Shown here: in pieces, positions 26,110-39,325 of the stretch
Numbering within the stretch: position 1 is the first letter of the stretch
Layout of the letters: each line of letters opens with the position of its first letter
Notes under the pieces: generated by a model
Seen by the model: only the letters and a program-made list of their open reading frames with translations
The model's database searches: none
What the model was told of the DNA's origin: nothing
Source: Lama guanicoe
Lineage: Eukaryota
DNA: 54,300 nt
Assembly: GCA_013239625.1 (NCBI GenBank)
Contig: MU053513.1
Location: 3,460,927-3,515,226, forward strand
Direction of reading: 5' to 3'
Translations under genes and position numbers: made by a program

Positions 26110-26500
26110 AATTCACCTTTTCATTTAAAAATCACTCAATGACTTTGCATTTTTTCTGATACTGAATTTAAACTCCTAACATGGCTTATCAAATTCATTA
26201 TATTTTGGGTGTTGGCCACATCCCTAACTTAATCTAATACTGCTTCAATTCCAGGAATACTGATTTTCTTACAGTTCTTCAAACATATCTGGCTGGTCCA
26301 AACCTCTGTGTCTTATTGAAAAACTGTTCCTACTGTCTGGAATACCCATCCTCTTTTGCTATTTAATTTTTTTTTTCTGGAGCATTATATGTAAATCTTT
26401 TTCTGACTCCTCTCCTTCCAGGCAGAATTAATTATTCTCTACTTTGTTCTGCGTCTGTCCCTTATATATACTTGCAGCAGGTGCTTCTTGCACCACTTTA
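26110..26500 (+). mobile_element. L2 fragment (continues ~27000-27320 after an LTR)
   Basis: tttaaaaatcactcaatgact...aaactcctaacatggctta...ccaggcagaattaattattctct; the 3' terminus aggtagtcaataatatttattaaactgaattaaattgaat is near 27300. Confidence 0.6.
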
Positions 26501-26504
26501 AATT

Positions 26505-27000
26505 CACTTGGCCTCACCTCTTATTCCAGCCACAATTGCACCAATCATTTCTTTGAAGATGCTGTCCATCTTCATGTAGACACAACTTGACAGTGCCCTG
26601 CCTCAGTTTACCTCTCACTTCCCCACTCCACCCTCTATAGATTCTTTACTTGATGGTGAAGTAGCATGGAATATCCCTGGGATTTTGCTCAGCACTCAGC
26701 ATGTGTCACACAAGAAATGATGGGGAGTTAAAGCCCTGGGGGGAAACCCTCAACCCATGAAGAGCAGAGTAATGGGTAAATGCTCCCCACTTCCTTTCCC
26801 TGGGAAGTTATTAGGGTGTCCTATAAGGCTGAGGATCCAACCATCTGTATGGGTGACCAGTCAGTTCAATAACAAATCTTTTTTTTTTCTTTTTTTTACT
26901 CTCCTTCCTTCCCTGCTTTGATCCCTCTTCCCTAAGTCTTGTTCTTTGACTCATACTCCTTTGTCTTAGGCTCTGTATTCTGGAGAACCCAGGCTGAGAA
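26505..27000 (+). mobile_element. ERVL solo LTR (LTR16-like)
   Basis: ggggagttaaagccctggggggaaaccctcaacccatga...tttgtcttaggctctgtattctggagaacccaggctgaga. Confidence 0.75.
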
Positions 27001-29394
27001 AATACAATTATTATTACCCATATAACACTGTATTTAAATGTCTGTTACTTCCCAGACCAGTTAGTTGTCAGACATCTTAAAGCCATAATACCTTTTATCA
27101 AACCACAAAATATACAACTGGTAAAAGTAGGGCAATTCTGATTGAAATGAAAGTGAGGCCAGAGGTTTTGTAAAACAAAAAACAATATGCTAATTAAACT
27201 ATGAACTTCATAAGAGTTAGAAAATATGTCTTATTAATCTTTGACTCCTAAAAACGTGGAATAGTGGCTGACTCCCAGCAGGTAGTCAATAATATTTATT
27301 AAACTGAATTAAATTGAATTGAGGGAAACTAAAGTCTAGAAAATACAAATATTTTCACCTAGGATATAGTGATTATGGATAAAAAGAAGTAAAACAGAAA
27401 TGAGAAATATTGTTCTGATAATATGTTTTCTGGAAATGTGAGGTTTATTAGAAAAGGCAGTAAAACTTTTGTAAGCTCAAGTTTTTCTATTCTTGGCTTA
27501 TTAATTTTCAAATGATTGCACTGGCTTCTATATGCCATCAGTAATAGATTGAAATTAAATTTTTCAAATTCCCCCACATTCTTGAAATTGTTTAATAACA
27601 AAGGTGAAAGAGTTGGAAAAGTTATCACTTAAAATTATTTTATAGCTATAAATATGGAATGGGTGAGATAGAAAGCTAAAGATAACATCTAGAAAGTAAA
27701 TATGTCACTACAAAATCACAGAGCCACAAATGGTAAACTCTTCTATGTGCTGTGCTGATGATCAATATTGAAGTGTGTCATCATTTCTTAAACATGACAG
27801 AAACTCCAGAGGGATAGATTTCTTGAATTAGTTACTGTGAGCAAGATTCTCTGAGCATTCAGAGGTGAGGGGAAAGCCCAAGTGAAAAAAAATGGCCTGG
27901 AAATCTATGCTTTTAAAATTAGCAGGGTGTATTTTTGTATGATTAAGGTAATTTGTTTATCACTTCGTCCATCAATCTACCCACTGGCTCACCCACCCAT
28001 TATAATGGTGCTGAGTTTGGCATGTAGAAAGCCTGCGTGAGTCTGTTTTTAATACTCATCAATCAATTTTTTAAATCATGTTTCTTTAAACAAGAATTTA
28101 AAGTTTTATGGATAGCAAGTTAGTGACTGATTTCCATTTTCTTTATTGTAAAAATTGGGCTTATTTATGAGAGTTGTGAGGAAAATATAGTTTTAAAATA
28201 CATCCATCCAGTCATTCAACATATATGTCAATAACACATACTTAGGTTTCAGTGGTTATATATACTATATATATTATATATAATACAGTGTATAGATTTT
28301 GGAGAATGAAGGGACACTAAGAAACATTATAAGATAGGCTGGTGGGGCACAGTTACTGACTAGAGAGACACAGACATGTAAAAAGGTTGAGTGACTTGCC
28401 CAAGATCACAGCTCTTGTAACTTATTCTTCAGAATATATAAGGTATTTTTAGGCATAATTTTGGTTTGCATTAATCATCTCTCTAAGCATTACTGAATGG
28501 TTATGAAGATAGCCAATGGCAAAAAGTAGTTGCACAAATGAGAAACCACTAAAAAGGGTAACTCTTTGGAAGAGGGTTAGAGATAGATTGGGAGGGAGTA
28601 GGGGAACAATTTTAGGATCATTTTAGTTCATCAGAAAACTTTTCAAACTTGGGTTTTTCCCCTATTGAGTTGCATATGGTTTAACGAGTTGAAAAAGAAA
28701 CTAATGTTTATGGAGAATCTAATATGTGCCAGGCACTTTAATATATACTAACTCATTTAATATTCACAACTACTCTGTGATATATTGTATTGTTAGGTCT
28801 GTGTGGCTGTTTTGGTGTGGTGTCACAGTGTGTGTGTCCTTCCTTAGGGATCATCATTGACCAGAGTCTGACACACAGCTCTCGTGTTCAGTAATTGGGC
28901 TATGACGTGGTCACCCAGAGGTTAAACAGGCCCAGGCAAGTTGATTGCCTCTAGCCAAACTGACAAGAGTCTGATTATAAACCAGAACATCAATTTACAA
29001 GGCTCTATGAGGGAATTAACCGCCAAGTAGGCTGGATATTCATGTCAGCTTGTCAGAACATTTTACTCCCTGTGGGAAAGAATACTTGGGAAACAAAATG
29101 AAGGACAGGAGGATGTCAAGGAAATACAAAATTAGAAGAAAGTGAATTGGATGCTTTTGGTAAGGAGAGTGTCATGCAGTTAGTTACTGGGGCCCAGTGT
29201 GCCTTCTCCACAGGAATACACTTTCCTGGCTTAGGGATTTGAATATTATTTTTAGCCAGTCAGGTCCCTCTGTCAATATGTCTAAGATCACAGCCACTTG
29301 TGGACTCAGCTGCAGTAAGAGAGAGTAGATTTGGAGAGTCAGAGATTGTTCAAAACAAATCTTCTAGATGCTAGGAGGAGGAACAGATAGAGCA

Positions 29395-29427
29395 GGGTTC
29401 AATCCCCAGTACCTCCATTTAAAAAAA
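29395..29427 (+). mobile_element. 3' fragment of a camelid tRNA-derived SINE (Vic-1-like)
   Basis: gggttcaatccccagtacctccatttaaaaaaa (B-box plus SINE tail). Only 33 bp remain. Confidence 0.7.
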
Positions 29428-29487
29428 GTTGAGGAAATATACTAGAAAGTGGAATATTAACATAGGGTAGTCCGTACTGGATTGGGG

Positions 29488-30880
29488 GTGTCTCAAGGTT
29501 AATGTGTCCAAAGTCTAGCCCTTCACTTCTTGAAACACATCCCTCCTCCAGATGTGAAGACTTTGGGTATTAGATCCCTTCTTTCATCTGTCCCTCCCTC
29601 CCTCCGTTCTTCCTTCTCTCTCTCTTCTCTCCTTCCTTTCTTCCCTGCTTTCTTCCCTCCGCTCTCAGTTCCTGATGTCAGAAAATCCAGTAAGTGTTAC
29701 CTCCAAAATACACAGTGGATCTTTGCCCTTTCCTCCTCCTCTGCAGTCACCACAGTCCAGGTGTGGACTACCTCCTTCACTCACTAGCCCCCCTCCCCTA
29801 CAAAGCAGTCTGCTTCCAAAGAGTGCTCTTTTGCTTTATTGAGGTAAAATTCATGTAATGTAAAATTACTCATTTTAATCATTTAAAAGGTGTACAATTG
29901 AGTGGCTTTCAGTACATTCACAATGTTTTGCAACCATTGCAACTCTGATTCTAGGACATTTTCACAAAGAAACCCTCATCTGTTAAGCAGCCGCTTCCCG
30001 TGCTTCGCCCCCAGCCCCTGGAAACACTGATCTACTTTCTATCTTCATGAATTTGCCTATTCCGCACGTTTCATATTAACGTTACAACACATTTGTGGTC
30101 TCTTGTGTCTGACTTCTTTCATGAGAAGTAATGTTTTCGAGGTTCATCCGTGATGGAGCATGTGTCAGGACCGCATTCCTTTTTATGGCTGAATATTATT
30201 TTACTGTATGGCTGACATTTTGTTCATCTGTTCATTGGTTGATAGACATTTGGGTGGTTTTCACTTTTTGGCCTTTATGAATAATGCTTCTGTGAACATT
30301 TGTATAACATGTTTTTGTTTTAACACCTGTTTTCAACTCACTAGAGTAATCTTTTAAAAATGAAAATCATGTGTTTCCCCCATTTAAAAGCCTTCAATGG
30401 CTTTTCATTACAATTATATTATAATCCAAATTCATTCGTTTGGCCTGCAAGGATTTGCATAATCTGCTTTTCCTTTCTCATTGAAACGTCTTTCCTCTTC
30501 CCTCAATATATTCCAACCACAGTTGCCTCTGTTTAACTTCCTCCAACCTCCCAAGCCTTTTTAGAGTATTCATGCCTGAAATGCTCCTCCCAGAGCTTCA
30601 CATGGCGAGTTCATTTTCATCCTTCAAATCTCCATGGTTAATGTGACCTTCCCTAAGAGGCTTTCCCTGACTAAACTCCGTTATTCCTGTTTCCTTCCTG
30701 ATAATTGTCTCACTTTGTAATACATAGTTGTTTCTATTGTCTGTCTCCCTCACAAGAACATAAGTTCCTTAAGGCCATGAATTAAGGTACACTCTTCATC
30801 ATTACTTATCTGCACTTGTGCTTAGCACAAGACATTGAAGTGGTACTCCTTAAGTGTTTATTGAGTAAATGAATAAATGA
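29488..30880 (+). mobile_element. L2 3' fragment interrupted by an L1
   Basis: tgtctcaaggttaatgtgtccaaa...acctccaaaatac...[L1]...agagtaatctttt...tttaaaagccttcaatggctt...aagtgtttattgagtaaatgaataaatga. Confidence 0.8.
29830..30340 (-). mobile_element. L1MB-type 3' fragment
   Basis: ttgctttattgaggtaaaattcatg...tgtacaattgagtggctttcagtacattcacaatg...cccagcccctggaaacactgatctactttct. Confidence 0.9.
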
Positions 30881-31324
30881 GAAGGATCATGGGTGTTGGA
30901 GGTGAGACAGAGTAATTTCAATTTTTAGTGAGAGAGGTATACTAGCAAAGAGTGCAAGATGGTGGGGAATCTTCAGTTATGCTAATATTAGAAAGTCTAG
31001 GCGGGTGCGTGGCCAACAGGGCAGGTCAGTCATGTGTTCAAAATGGGAATTAGGTCAAAGAGTCAGAGCAAAACCCCTACATGTAAAGTCAGAGTTAAGG
31101 AAAGAAGAGCATGGTTAATTTGATGTCAGTTCTAGAGCAGTTGACTAAATTTCCTTGAATATCACCTTTCTAAAATCAGGATTGCTTCTAGAAGCCAGGC
31201 AGCGACTGAGGTTACAGCCACAGCTTTTGAGAGAGGAGGGGTGCAAAAGCTGAGAAACTAGGCAGGGCTTGACAAGCCCAGAATTGTGCTGTAGAAACAC
31301 TAACAGACTTAGGCTCTTCAGATC

Positions 31325-31490
31325 AATCAGCCTCCTTTCTGCATTTTTAATTACCACTTGACATGAATAGATTGTGGTCAAATCACATCATGTTCCCTTG
31401 CCTCAGTTTCTTCATCTACAAAGTAAGAGTTCTGGGCTGAATACAACCATCAAGATCCTATCCAGCTCTGACAGTCCATGATCCTCTATG
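31325..31490 (+). mobile_element. MIR/MIR3 fragment
   Basis: tgcctcagtttcttcatctacaaagtaag...aagatcctatccagctctgacagtccatgatcct. Confidence 0.7.
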
Positions 31491-32329
31491 CCATAGTTTC
31501 CAAGTTTCAAATGATTTTTTATGGAACACAATTGATGTTGACTCTTTCTTGATGATTTCATTGGTAAACAATCTCCACAGACATAAGAAGTGTTAAGTGT
31601 GTCTGTGCATCCTTGTGGTTCCTTTCAAACAGAGTGGCCCTTCTTGTCTTGGCTACCTGACTTGGGAAAATAGCATGTTTTGGGACCCATAGCCCTTAAA
31701 CTACTGACTAAAGATATAACCTCAAAAAATAAAGAATTTGTATACTACAGCAAAATTGACTAAATCATTGTTTAATATAGTGGTTGCTTAATAGGGAACA
31801 CAAACATTGGAAAAAACATTAAATTTTAGAAAGTTAACATACAAAGTTGTTTTTTTTTCACCAAAATTATTAGATCAATCCATTCTTCAAGGATTTCATT
31901 TTGATTCTTGTCTGAACACAAAATTAAACTAGTACAATTGAAGGTTACTTGTACCTAAATTATAAGATTAGACTAAATCTTTCTTATTCTTCACTATGCA
32001 ATGAAATATAATAAAAATACGAGTCAGTCTGTACAAACCAGAGATGTGTTAACAAGATTCTGAGGTCAGAGTTAGACTTTTTCCATGACTGATTAGGTAG
32101 CATTGTAATGAGACAGGGCTAGTCTTAGATTACAATCGGAAGTTTGAAACAGACTTAGAAGTTTTGAACAAAGTTTTATGAAGTAGGGAAATGGTTAACT
32201 GGAGCAATATGAAATATCAGCTCTGGGCTTCTTAACATGAAACACTGAAAATGTAAAGTTAAAGAAAAATGTGACAATGTTTAAAAATAGATTTAAAAAT
32301 AACTTTTGAAAGAGCTTTGAAGATGGACA

Positions 32330-33297
32330 TACTTACAAGGAGTAAAAATGCAAATCAAGGAGGAGAAATTTAAGGAAAAGAATCATTACATAAACTAATA
32401 AATGTAGATGGAACAATGGAAGTAGACAATCACCGTTTCGCAACCACTGTGGAAACAGTGGATTCAGAGGAATCAGTGGATGTTAAAAGTTTGAAGAGGC
32501 ATGGGATATTTATATATTATCAGAGTATCTCCCCAGAGGTTACTTACTCATTTCAAGGTGAGAAATGGTAACTGTACCGTAGGGAAGCTTGACTAACACC
32601 ACTTAATTGAATGATAAAATTAACACCACCGTTGATGAGATAAACTGCGATTTGATTCTTGACATGATACACTAAGGCAGTCATAACATTGTTTATGTAG
32701 TATTCCTGTTCAAAGTGCATGAGTTGAATCTAATCATGTGGAGACATCAGATAGGCTCAAGGAGACATTCTCCAAAATAACTCCTCTGGTACTTTTGAAA
32801 AATATTCATGTAATAAAAAAGTGTGAAGAGCTATTTCCGATGAAGGAGACTAACAAGTCATGCCAGCAATATGTGCTTTGTGGTCTTTGATCTGGATCAG
32901 AGAAAAAAAATCCATAAAGGACATTATTGAGACAGTTGGAGAAAAAGAAATGTAGACTGCATATTATGTAAAAGTGTTTTGTAAATGTTATCTTCCTGGA
33001 TTTGATAAATGTGCTGTGGCCACCTAAGAGAATGTCCTTGTTTTTAGGAAATGAAGACTGAAGTACTTAAGGATAAAAGGGCATGATTCTGCACATAACT
33101 CTCAAGTGGCTCAGGAAAAATGTTTTGTGGTGTGTGTATGTGTGTGTGTGAGTGTGTGTGTGTGTGTGTGGAAAGAGATCAAATGCAGCAATGTGGTAAC
33201 AATTGGTGAATTTGGTTGAAAGGTATATAGCTGTTCTTCTGGTCTTCCAGCTCTTTGTAAGTTTGAAATTATTTCAACATAAAAAGTTAAAAAAAAG
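32330..33297 (+). mobile_element. L1MC-type 3'UTR fragment
   Basis: ataaaggacattattgagacagttgga...gagaatgtccttgtttttaggaaat...taagtttgaaattatttcaacataaaaagttaaaaaaaa; contains a (TG)n tract at 33130-33170. Confidence 0.85.
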
Positions 33298-33519
33298 ATT
33301 ATTAATTGTCTACCTGAGGAAAGGTGTTCTTTTCCGCTTGAGTCACTGTCATTGAATAGAAACCATCTGACGGTGCCAAGGTGAAACTGTGGCCTCTAGG
33401 AGACAGAGCCGCTGGCAGACTTGGTAGATGAACTTGCAGGATTATTTATTGGTATAATACATAAACAAGGCTGAGTTTCTTATAAGTCTCCCTGAAGATT
33501 GTTACCTTACGTGGATAAA

Positions 33520-33897
33520 TCATTTCATTTTGTAAACATTAACAGGGCTCCTGTTATGTGTCAAAATCTTTGCTAGGCACTGGGGCCCAGTGATGACTGA
33601 ATCTCTTGTTCTCAGGTTATTGATAATGGGGGGGGCAGTGATAAAAACTTAATATGAGACAGTAAAAATAGACGTGGAGAAGCAGACACAATAATTAAGA
33701 TGATGTCGAGGAGGAGGGGTTGGCTTGGTGGAGGGGAGTGACAGTGAGACCCAGCAGTTTTCCACGTGGTGTGGGTAGAGGGAGGGAGCAGTAGAGATTC
33801 CTGGCAAAGGGACCAGTAAGGACAGAGGAAGGAGATGCAAGAAAACTTGGGCTGTTTGTGGGACTCTCATGCAATTTCACATTGTTGGAGTGTAATA
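33520..33897 (-). mobile_element. L2 3' fragment
   Basis: aaacattaacagggctcctgttatgtgtc...tgctaggcactgggg...gagattcctggcaaagggaccag. Confidence 0.6.
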
Positions 33898-34394
33898 TAG
33901 CTTTTTGATTTTCAATTTATAATAATAAATTAAGTTTTAGTTTAGCTATGAATATTTATGACACTAAAATAGTATACAAATTAACACTATAAGAACTTAC
34001 AATACAAATTGTTCCTTTCATAAGCTGTTCTTATTTTGTACGACATGGCATCTTATTATAACTTAGGATTCCTCTTTTGACCTTTGTACCTTTTGCAGCT
34101 TTTGTCAAATTTGAATATATTTTCTCTTTTTTAAGGAAAGAAATTCCCGTAATTCCCAGTGGTCACATCTTTGTATGCTTAGTAGTTGGTGGATCTCAGT
34201 TTGAGAATGAAAATGCCTTCAGTTACACATTACAACTGTAAAAGAGATATTTTGTTTTCAATTGGCGAAAGTGTTTTGGACGATCAAAATGAAAACAAAG
34301 GACAATCATCAAACAATAAAAAATACTGCAGTCTTTGAAACAAAAGCTTAATATTCTTCATGTGCCAGCTTCACACAAATTTGTAAGAAATATA

Positions 34395-35065
34395 TTTAGA
34401 CACCACAAGTAGATGGGCAAAGAACCTGATAAATAATTTATAAGAGGTGAAATAAAGATGACTAATAAGCATGTAAGATGTTCACCTTCAGTAATAATTT
34501 AAAAATTAATTCATAATGATAGTCCATTTTTTGACCTATAAAATTAGTAGATGTTTTTAAAAATTATAATCTGTGTTGATGAGAATTTTTAATAGTAGAG
34601 AATGATTGCAAGCAATATCCAACAGTGTGGAAATAGTTAAATAAAATATGCATTGATGTTGTGTGACATTACCTGGACATTCAAATGATGTTTTTGAAAA
34701 ATTTTAAATAACAAATCCTTATGCTATCATATTAAATGTAAGAAGCAGTGAACAAAAAGTATGATTTCATCTTATCAAACTATACAAAGAAGACTTTGAT
34801 AAGTATGTTCTATAATAATGGAAGATGTTATCAGTAGGAAAAACTGGGTGAGGAGGAGACAGGCCCTTGCAGTACTATTTTTGCAACTTTTCTGTAAGTC
34901 TAAAATTATTTCAAAACAAAAAGTTAAAAAACATATAGAAAAAGGACTGATAGGAAAAACAACAAAATCTTACTAGTAATTTCTAAATGGTAGGAAATTA
35001 AGCAGCTTTTCCCTTTCATTTAAAAAGTACTTTTCTGTAACAAAACAATTTTTTACAGCAAGTTA
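34395..35065 (+). mobile_element. Old L1 (L1ME-like) 3' fragments
   Basis: agatgggcaaagaacctga...aagatgttcaccttcagtaata...tttttgcaacttttctgtaagtctaaaattatttcaaaac. Confidence 0.7.
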
Positions 35066-38000
35066 TGTGTTAAATAATCATTACACGTACACAACCCCTC
35101 TCCCTAAAATTAGAACAACAGTAGAGCTAAACTCAAAAAAATTATGGCATCTACCACAATCAGTTTACTAGTCATTGTGGCAGCTAAACATAAAAACAGA
35201 AAAGTGAATGCTGAGAAAGGGTGCATATGCGTGGAGGATAATAGAGACGTAAACTGGTTAGGGCTGCACTTTACAGGTGGATGAGAAGTGTGAGAGTAGA
35301 TGGTAAAAATAACGGAGGTAGATTTAGGAGACTGTGGCACTGAGGATTTTATTTTAGTAGTAAAGAAGAGAACAAAGTCTTCTCAAAAGAGAGTAGATAC
35401 CTGCAGTATTTTATGTTAGAAGAGAATGAGGCTAATTCTCTGGGTGTCTAGGGAGCATAAATCATAGTAGGTTATGGGAGTATTCCCCACAGGTTGGTTT
35501 TTAATAAGTTAAAATCATTTGCTTTAGATAACCACCTTCATACTTATTTTTATCACGGACCCCTTTCTAAGCAACTCAACTTTGCGATGGTTCAGGTCTT
35601 CTGAAGAAACAGCCTCTAATCTTAATGAGTGACCAAGGTAATCACCTACTTGAATTAAGTCCCTCTTGATCTAGACCTTCGGGTAAAACATTATTTGCTC
35701 CATATTAAATAAGGACATATAGAAAAATGAGTACACACAATGGTGTCACTAGGAGCTGCACCTGAAAACCTGTGGCATACTGGGCATTGTGGTCCTCAGT
35801 CTTTTCTCTCTCAAGGCCTCTGAGATGTATCACACCCTCCCTTCTATGCCCGGGGGCTCCCTATAGCAGTGATTCTGGGGGAGGTATGGTGAGCAGGGGC
35901 CATGGGGTTTGTAACAGTGCATCCCCATCACACTCAAGTCAATTCTGAAACTGCTCCCTTTCTCCTCCCTTGTCCCTTCTACCTTAAGAGTTATTGCTAG
36001 AACCAGGCTCCCTGACATTTATTTTAAAAGATTATTATTTTCAGCCTCCTTTCTTATGTCTCATTGGGAAGCCAGAGCTTGCTCCTTAGAGAAGCAACAT
36101 GGTATCAGAAGTCATTCCTTGGAGAGAGACCATGAGGCTACACTTTAAATTTTGACCCTAATTCCTACTATTTCTGTCTCTATAATTAGGTTTTAAGCCC
36201 CTGGCAGGGAAAAGACCAGGTTTTATTCCACCCTGTCCTTTTTTTTTCAAAAAAAATTTTTAACCTTCTTCAGGATTAGCTTTTAACATTCAAAAAGGTA
36301 GTTACTTAGTAAATGTTTATTAAAAATGAATACTCTTCCTTAAGGGCAACTTTTATTCCTTCATGAAGGCACATCTATTCTCTGCTATGAAAAGAAAAAA
36401 AAGGAAAATGTTGCATAAGTACAAATTAAAATGGAAGATATAGAGTGTGTAGCTGAAAGCTAAGCAGCGGCTTTGATCTTTGGCTGAGAATTTTAAAACG
36501 ATTAAAAGGGTTATTAAAAATAAGATCTGAAGGTCTAATGAGACTTAAAAAAGGGCCCAGGACTTTGTCTAAGTCTGCATAGGCTCCAGAAGGCTGCAAG
36601 GGCCTTGTAGTGCGTGGGCCATCACTGACGGGGACCCTGGCTCCCGTGGATGGGTTACGGGGGGTCCTGTGTCCAGAGCCTCTGCCTTCTGTGTGTGGAC
36701 TGCAAGTGTTCCTCAAGAATGAAAACTAGGGAATGTCAGATTTCAGGACGTTTTTCTGTTACGCAGCTATACAGTGTCATTAACATTCTCATGCCTGGGG
36801 AAGATGAGCTTTTTAGGCCTGTTTGCTTCTCTGTGAAGGAGAGTAAAAATAATCACCTCATAGACCCAAGAAAGGATTAAACTGGCACGGTGCTGGTGAC
36901 GTAGTATGCATATGTTGAATAAACAGTAGTTTTTATTTTATTCGCAAATTGAAATTTAGAAGTGTGTTACAAATGGTTAAGTGGGTTTGAGGTAGAATGA
37001 CTAGAGCCGTATTACAGCTGAGCTTCGTTGTAGTTTAGACTGGCTTATGTGAGCGGAGGTCAGGACATTGCTATCGTGGCTAACAGCTCTTAAAGGGAAA
37101 ACAGTTTCTCAAAACCATGTGACTGGCATCCTCCTGGAGTTTTGGAACTATGATGCCCTTGTAGGTTGAGTGTTACCCAGCTCTTTTCCCTGTTACTCAT
37201 TTAACATTTATCTCTCTTTTCTGCATAATGGCTATTAGGTAACCCAGAAGAGACATCCCAGCTTCCACCATCAGAAAGAAACCATTTCTTTCACATAATA
37301 TCCACTTTTTCTAACTTGCATTAATTGATCCTTCCGTTGGCCTTCATTTAAGGCCAAGTAGCTTTGCAGGCCTTTGACTTATAAATGCCAAAGAGAAAGT
37401 CATTCATTAATTTAAAGTCAGACTCCTTGGATTTGAGTCATAACTCACTTTATAAGGATGCTTTAAAATTTTCAACCAATTTTTTTTTGCAATTTTTACA
37501 TGTGCAATAAATTAAAAGCTATGATGGTTAAAAATCTGTCACAAAAATTGTAGAAAATAACATAGATCTTGGCAAAAACTTGTCCATTCATAGGACCAGA
37601 TTTGTATACTTGCCAGGGTAGAACATAGATGCTGTGGCACCACCAGTGCCACCACTATCAATAGAAAATATTCAGTAAACATGAAATTACCTGTGAAGTT
37701 GTGCTAGGTGTCATAATATGAGAGTCACATCGAGAATAGGGACCAGGAATTACTAATAGACAATTGACAGATGGACCAAATACAAACAATAAGCAATTAT
37801 CTATATGTAGGCACTGTGGTTTTCATTATATATAAGTAAGTTACACATTAAATTTTGGCATGTGGAAAAGGTTAATTATGTGACTGAAGCAGAGATTAGA
37901 AATACAGTTTAGGACTTTCACGTCTTGTCAGATTGATGCATAATCATAATAGTGTGACTATGGTCTGTTGAGTTTGTCAGGGCATAAAGCATTTCCGTTT

Positions 38001-39016
38001 TGATGGCCGCCAGGAGAGGACATCGGGCCAGTGGCAGGGAGAATGATTGTGGTTATTCTTTGGAATGTATTCTTCCCGGATGACCTGGACTCTGGCTGAG
38101 CCTGGTGCTAGTACATGAGGCAAGATAATGCCTAGTGCATTAGTTTCAGAATGTGCCATTGGCTGCTGTGACTGTGGGAGGGGTCTGGGAGAGGAACCTA
38201 GTATTTTTATACATGAAACTCCAGGGCAACGCATGGCTTCGGGAACAACTAAGAGGCATGCCAGTGCTAGAGAGATAATCAAGATGAGACCTTAAAGATA
38301 AAGATTGGTCAAGATTTATTTGGGTAAAGATTTAGCACCAAAAATTGCTTCAGAGATGAATAATAAATTTAATCTGTAACTGTTGTAAATTTCGTTTCCA
38401 AGTGCTACTGTGTTACCAACAAAGCCAGTAGACATTTAAAGAGAATTTTCAAGCTGGTAGTTTACCCAGACTTTCTACTTTAGCTTAAATGGGAGTGCCT
38501 CACATCACTCCTTATTCATTTCTGCAATTGAAAGGAAGTATTTATAGTATGTCTTACAGCCACTGAGGATTTATTTGTATTAACGTCATAATTTTGCAAA
38601 ATGCCAATAAATGCTATGCCTTATATTCACTTCTCTGTTGGGCAGTTGCCTGAAAGAAAATGTTTCATTGTAAAATTTGAAGAAATATGTCATAACTAGT
38701 ATTTCCAGAAGCCAAGAAACTGTTTCTACATTTATTTCTATATATATATCTATATCAATATCTATATCTATCTTATTGTCCAATGGTCACACTCTCAAAC
38801 ATACTGATGTTATATAAAAATAGAAATTGACATGTTTAGATGGAGTTAATAAGATTAAAAGTCATACAAAAATTAAACATGCTCCCATTCTTAAAAAAAA
38901 AGACTGCAATAAATGATGGTAAAAGCAATAATACTTTTCTTACACTGTAAGATAAACATTATCTTGATCAAGACCCATCTGTTCATTCTTTGATTTTCTA
39001 GTCTACTTCTGTGGTC

Positions 39017-39122
39017 AGCCTCACTCCTGGAGCACATAAAACAACACTGGAATATTACAAAGAAGACTGGCATAGCCCCTGTGCAAAGATGACTCACAAA
39101 TTTGTAAAGTTGCCATATTTTT
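39017..39122 (+). pseudogene. Diverged full-length U6 snRNA retropseudogene
   Basis: Colinear with U6 (AGCACATA...TGGAA...ACAaAGAAGAcTgGCATaGCCCCTGtGCAAaGATGAC...CAAATTtGTaAAG..CCATATTTTT). About 28 differences in 107 nt by hand alignment; the ACAGAGA box is mutated. Confidence 0.9.
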
Positions 39123-39325
39123 GCATAGTTAATTACTTCTTCCTTTGGGTTCTGATGGCACAGTATATACACATTAGCTGTCATCTTGCTGTATTATAAT
39201 TATTTGTTTACTTCTCTGTCCTTCAACTGAATTGCTAAAAAAAGAAATTATTCTTTGTATCCATAATGGATAGCACATTGTCTGGCTTCTGAAAAGCACC
39301 CAGAAAATGTTTAATGAATGAATAA
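39123..39325 (+). mobile_element. L2 3' terminal fragment
   Basis: gcatagttaattacttcttcctttgggttc...attatttgtttacttctctgtc...tctttgtatcc...tagcacattgtctggc...aaatgtttaatgaatgaat. Confidence 0.7.
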
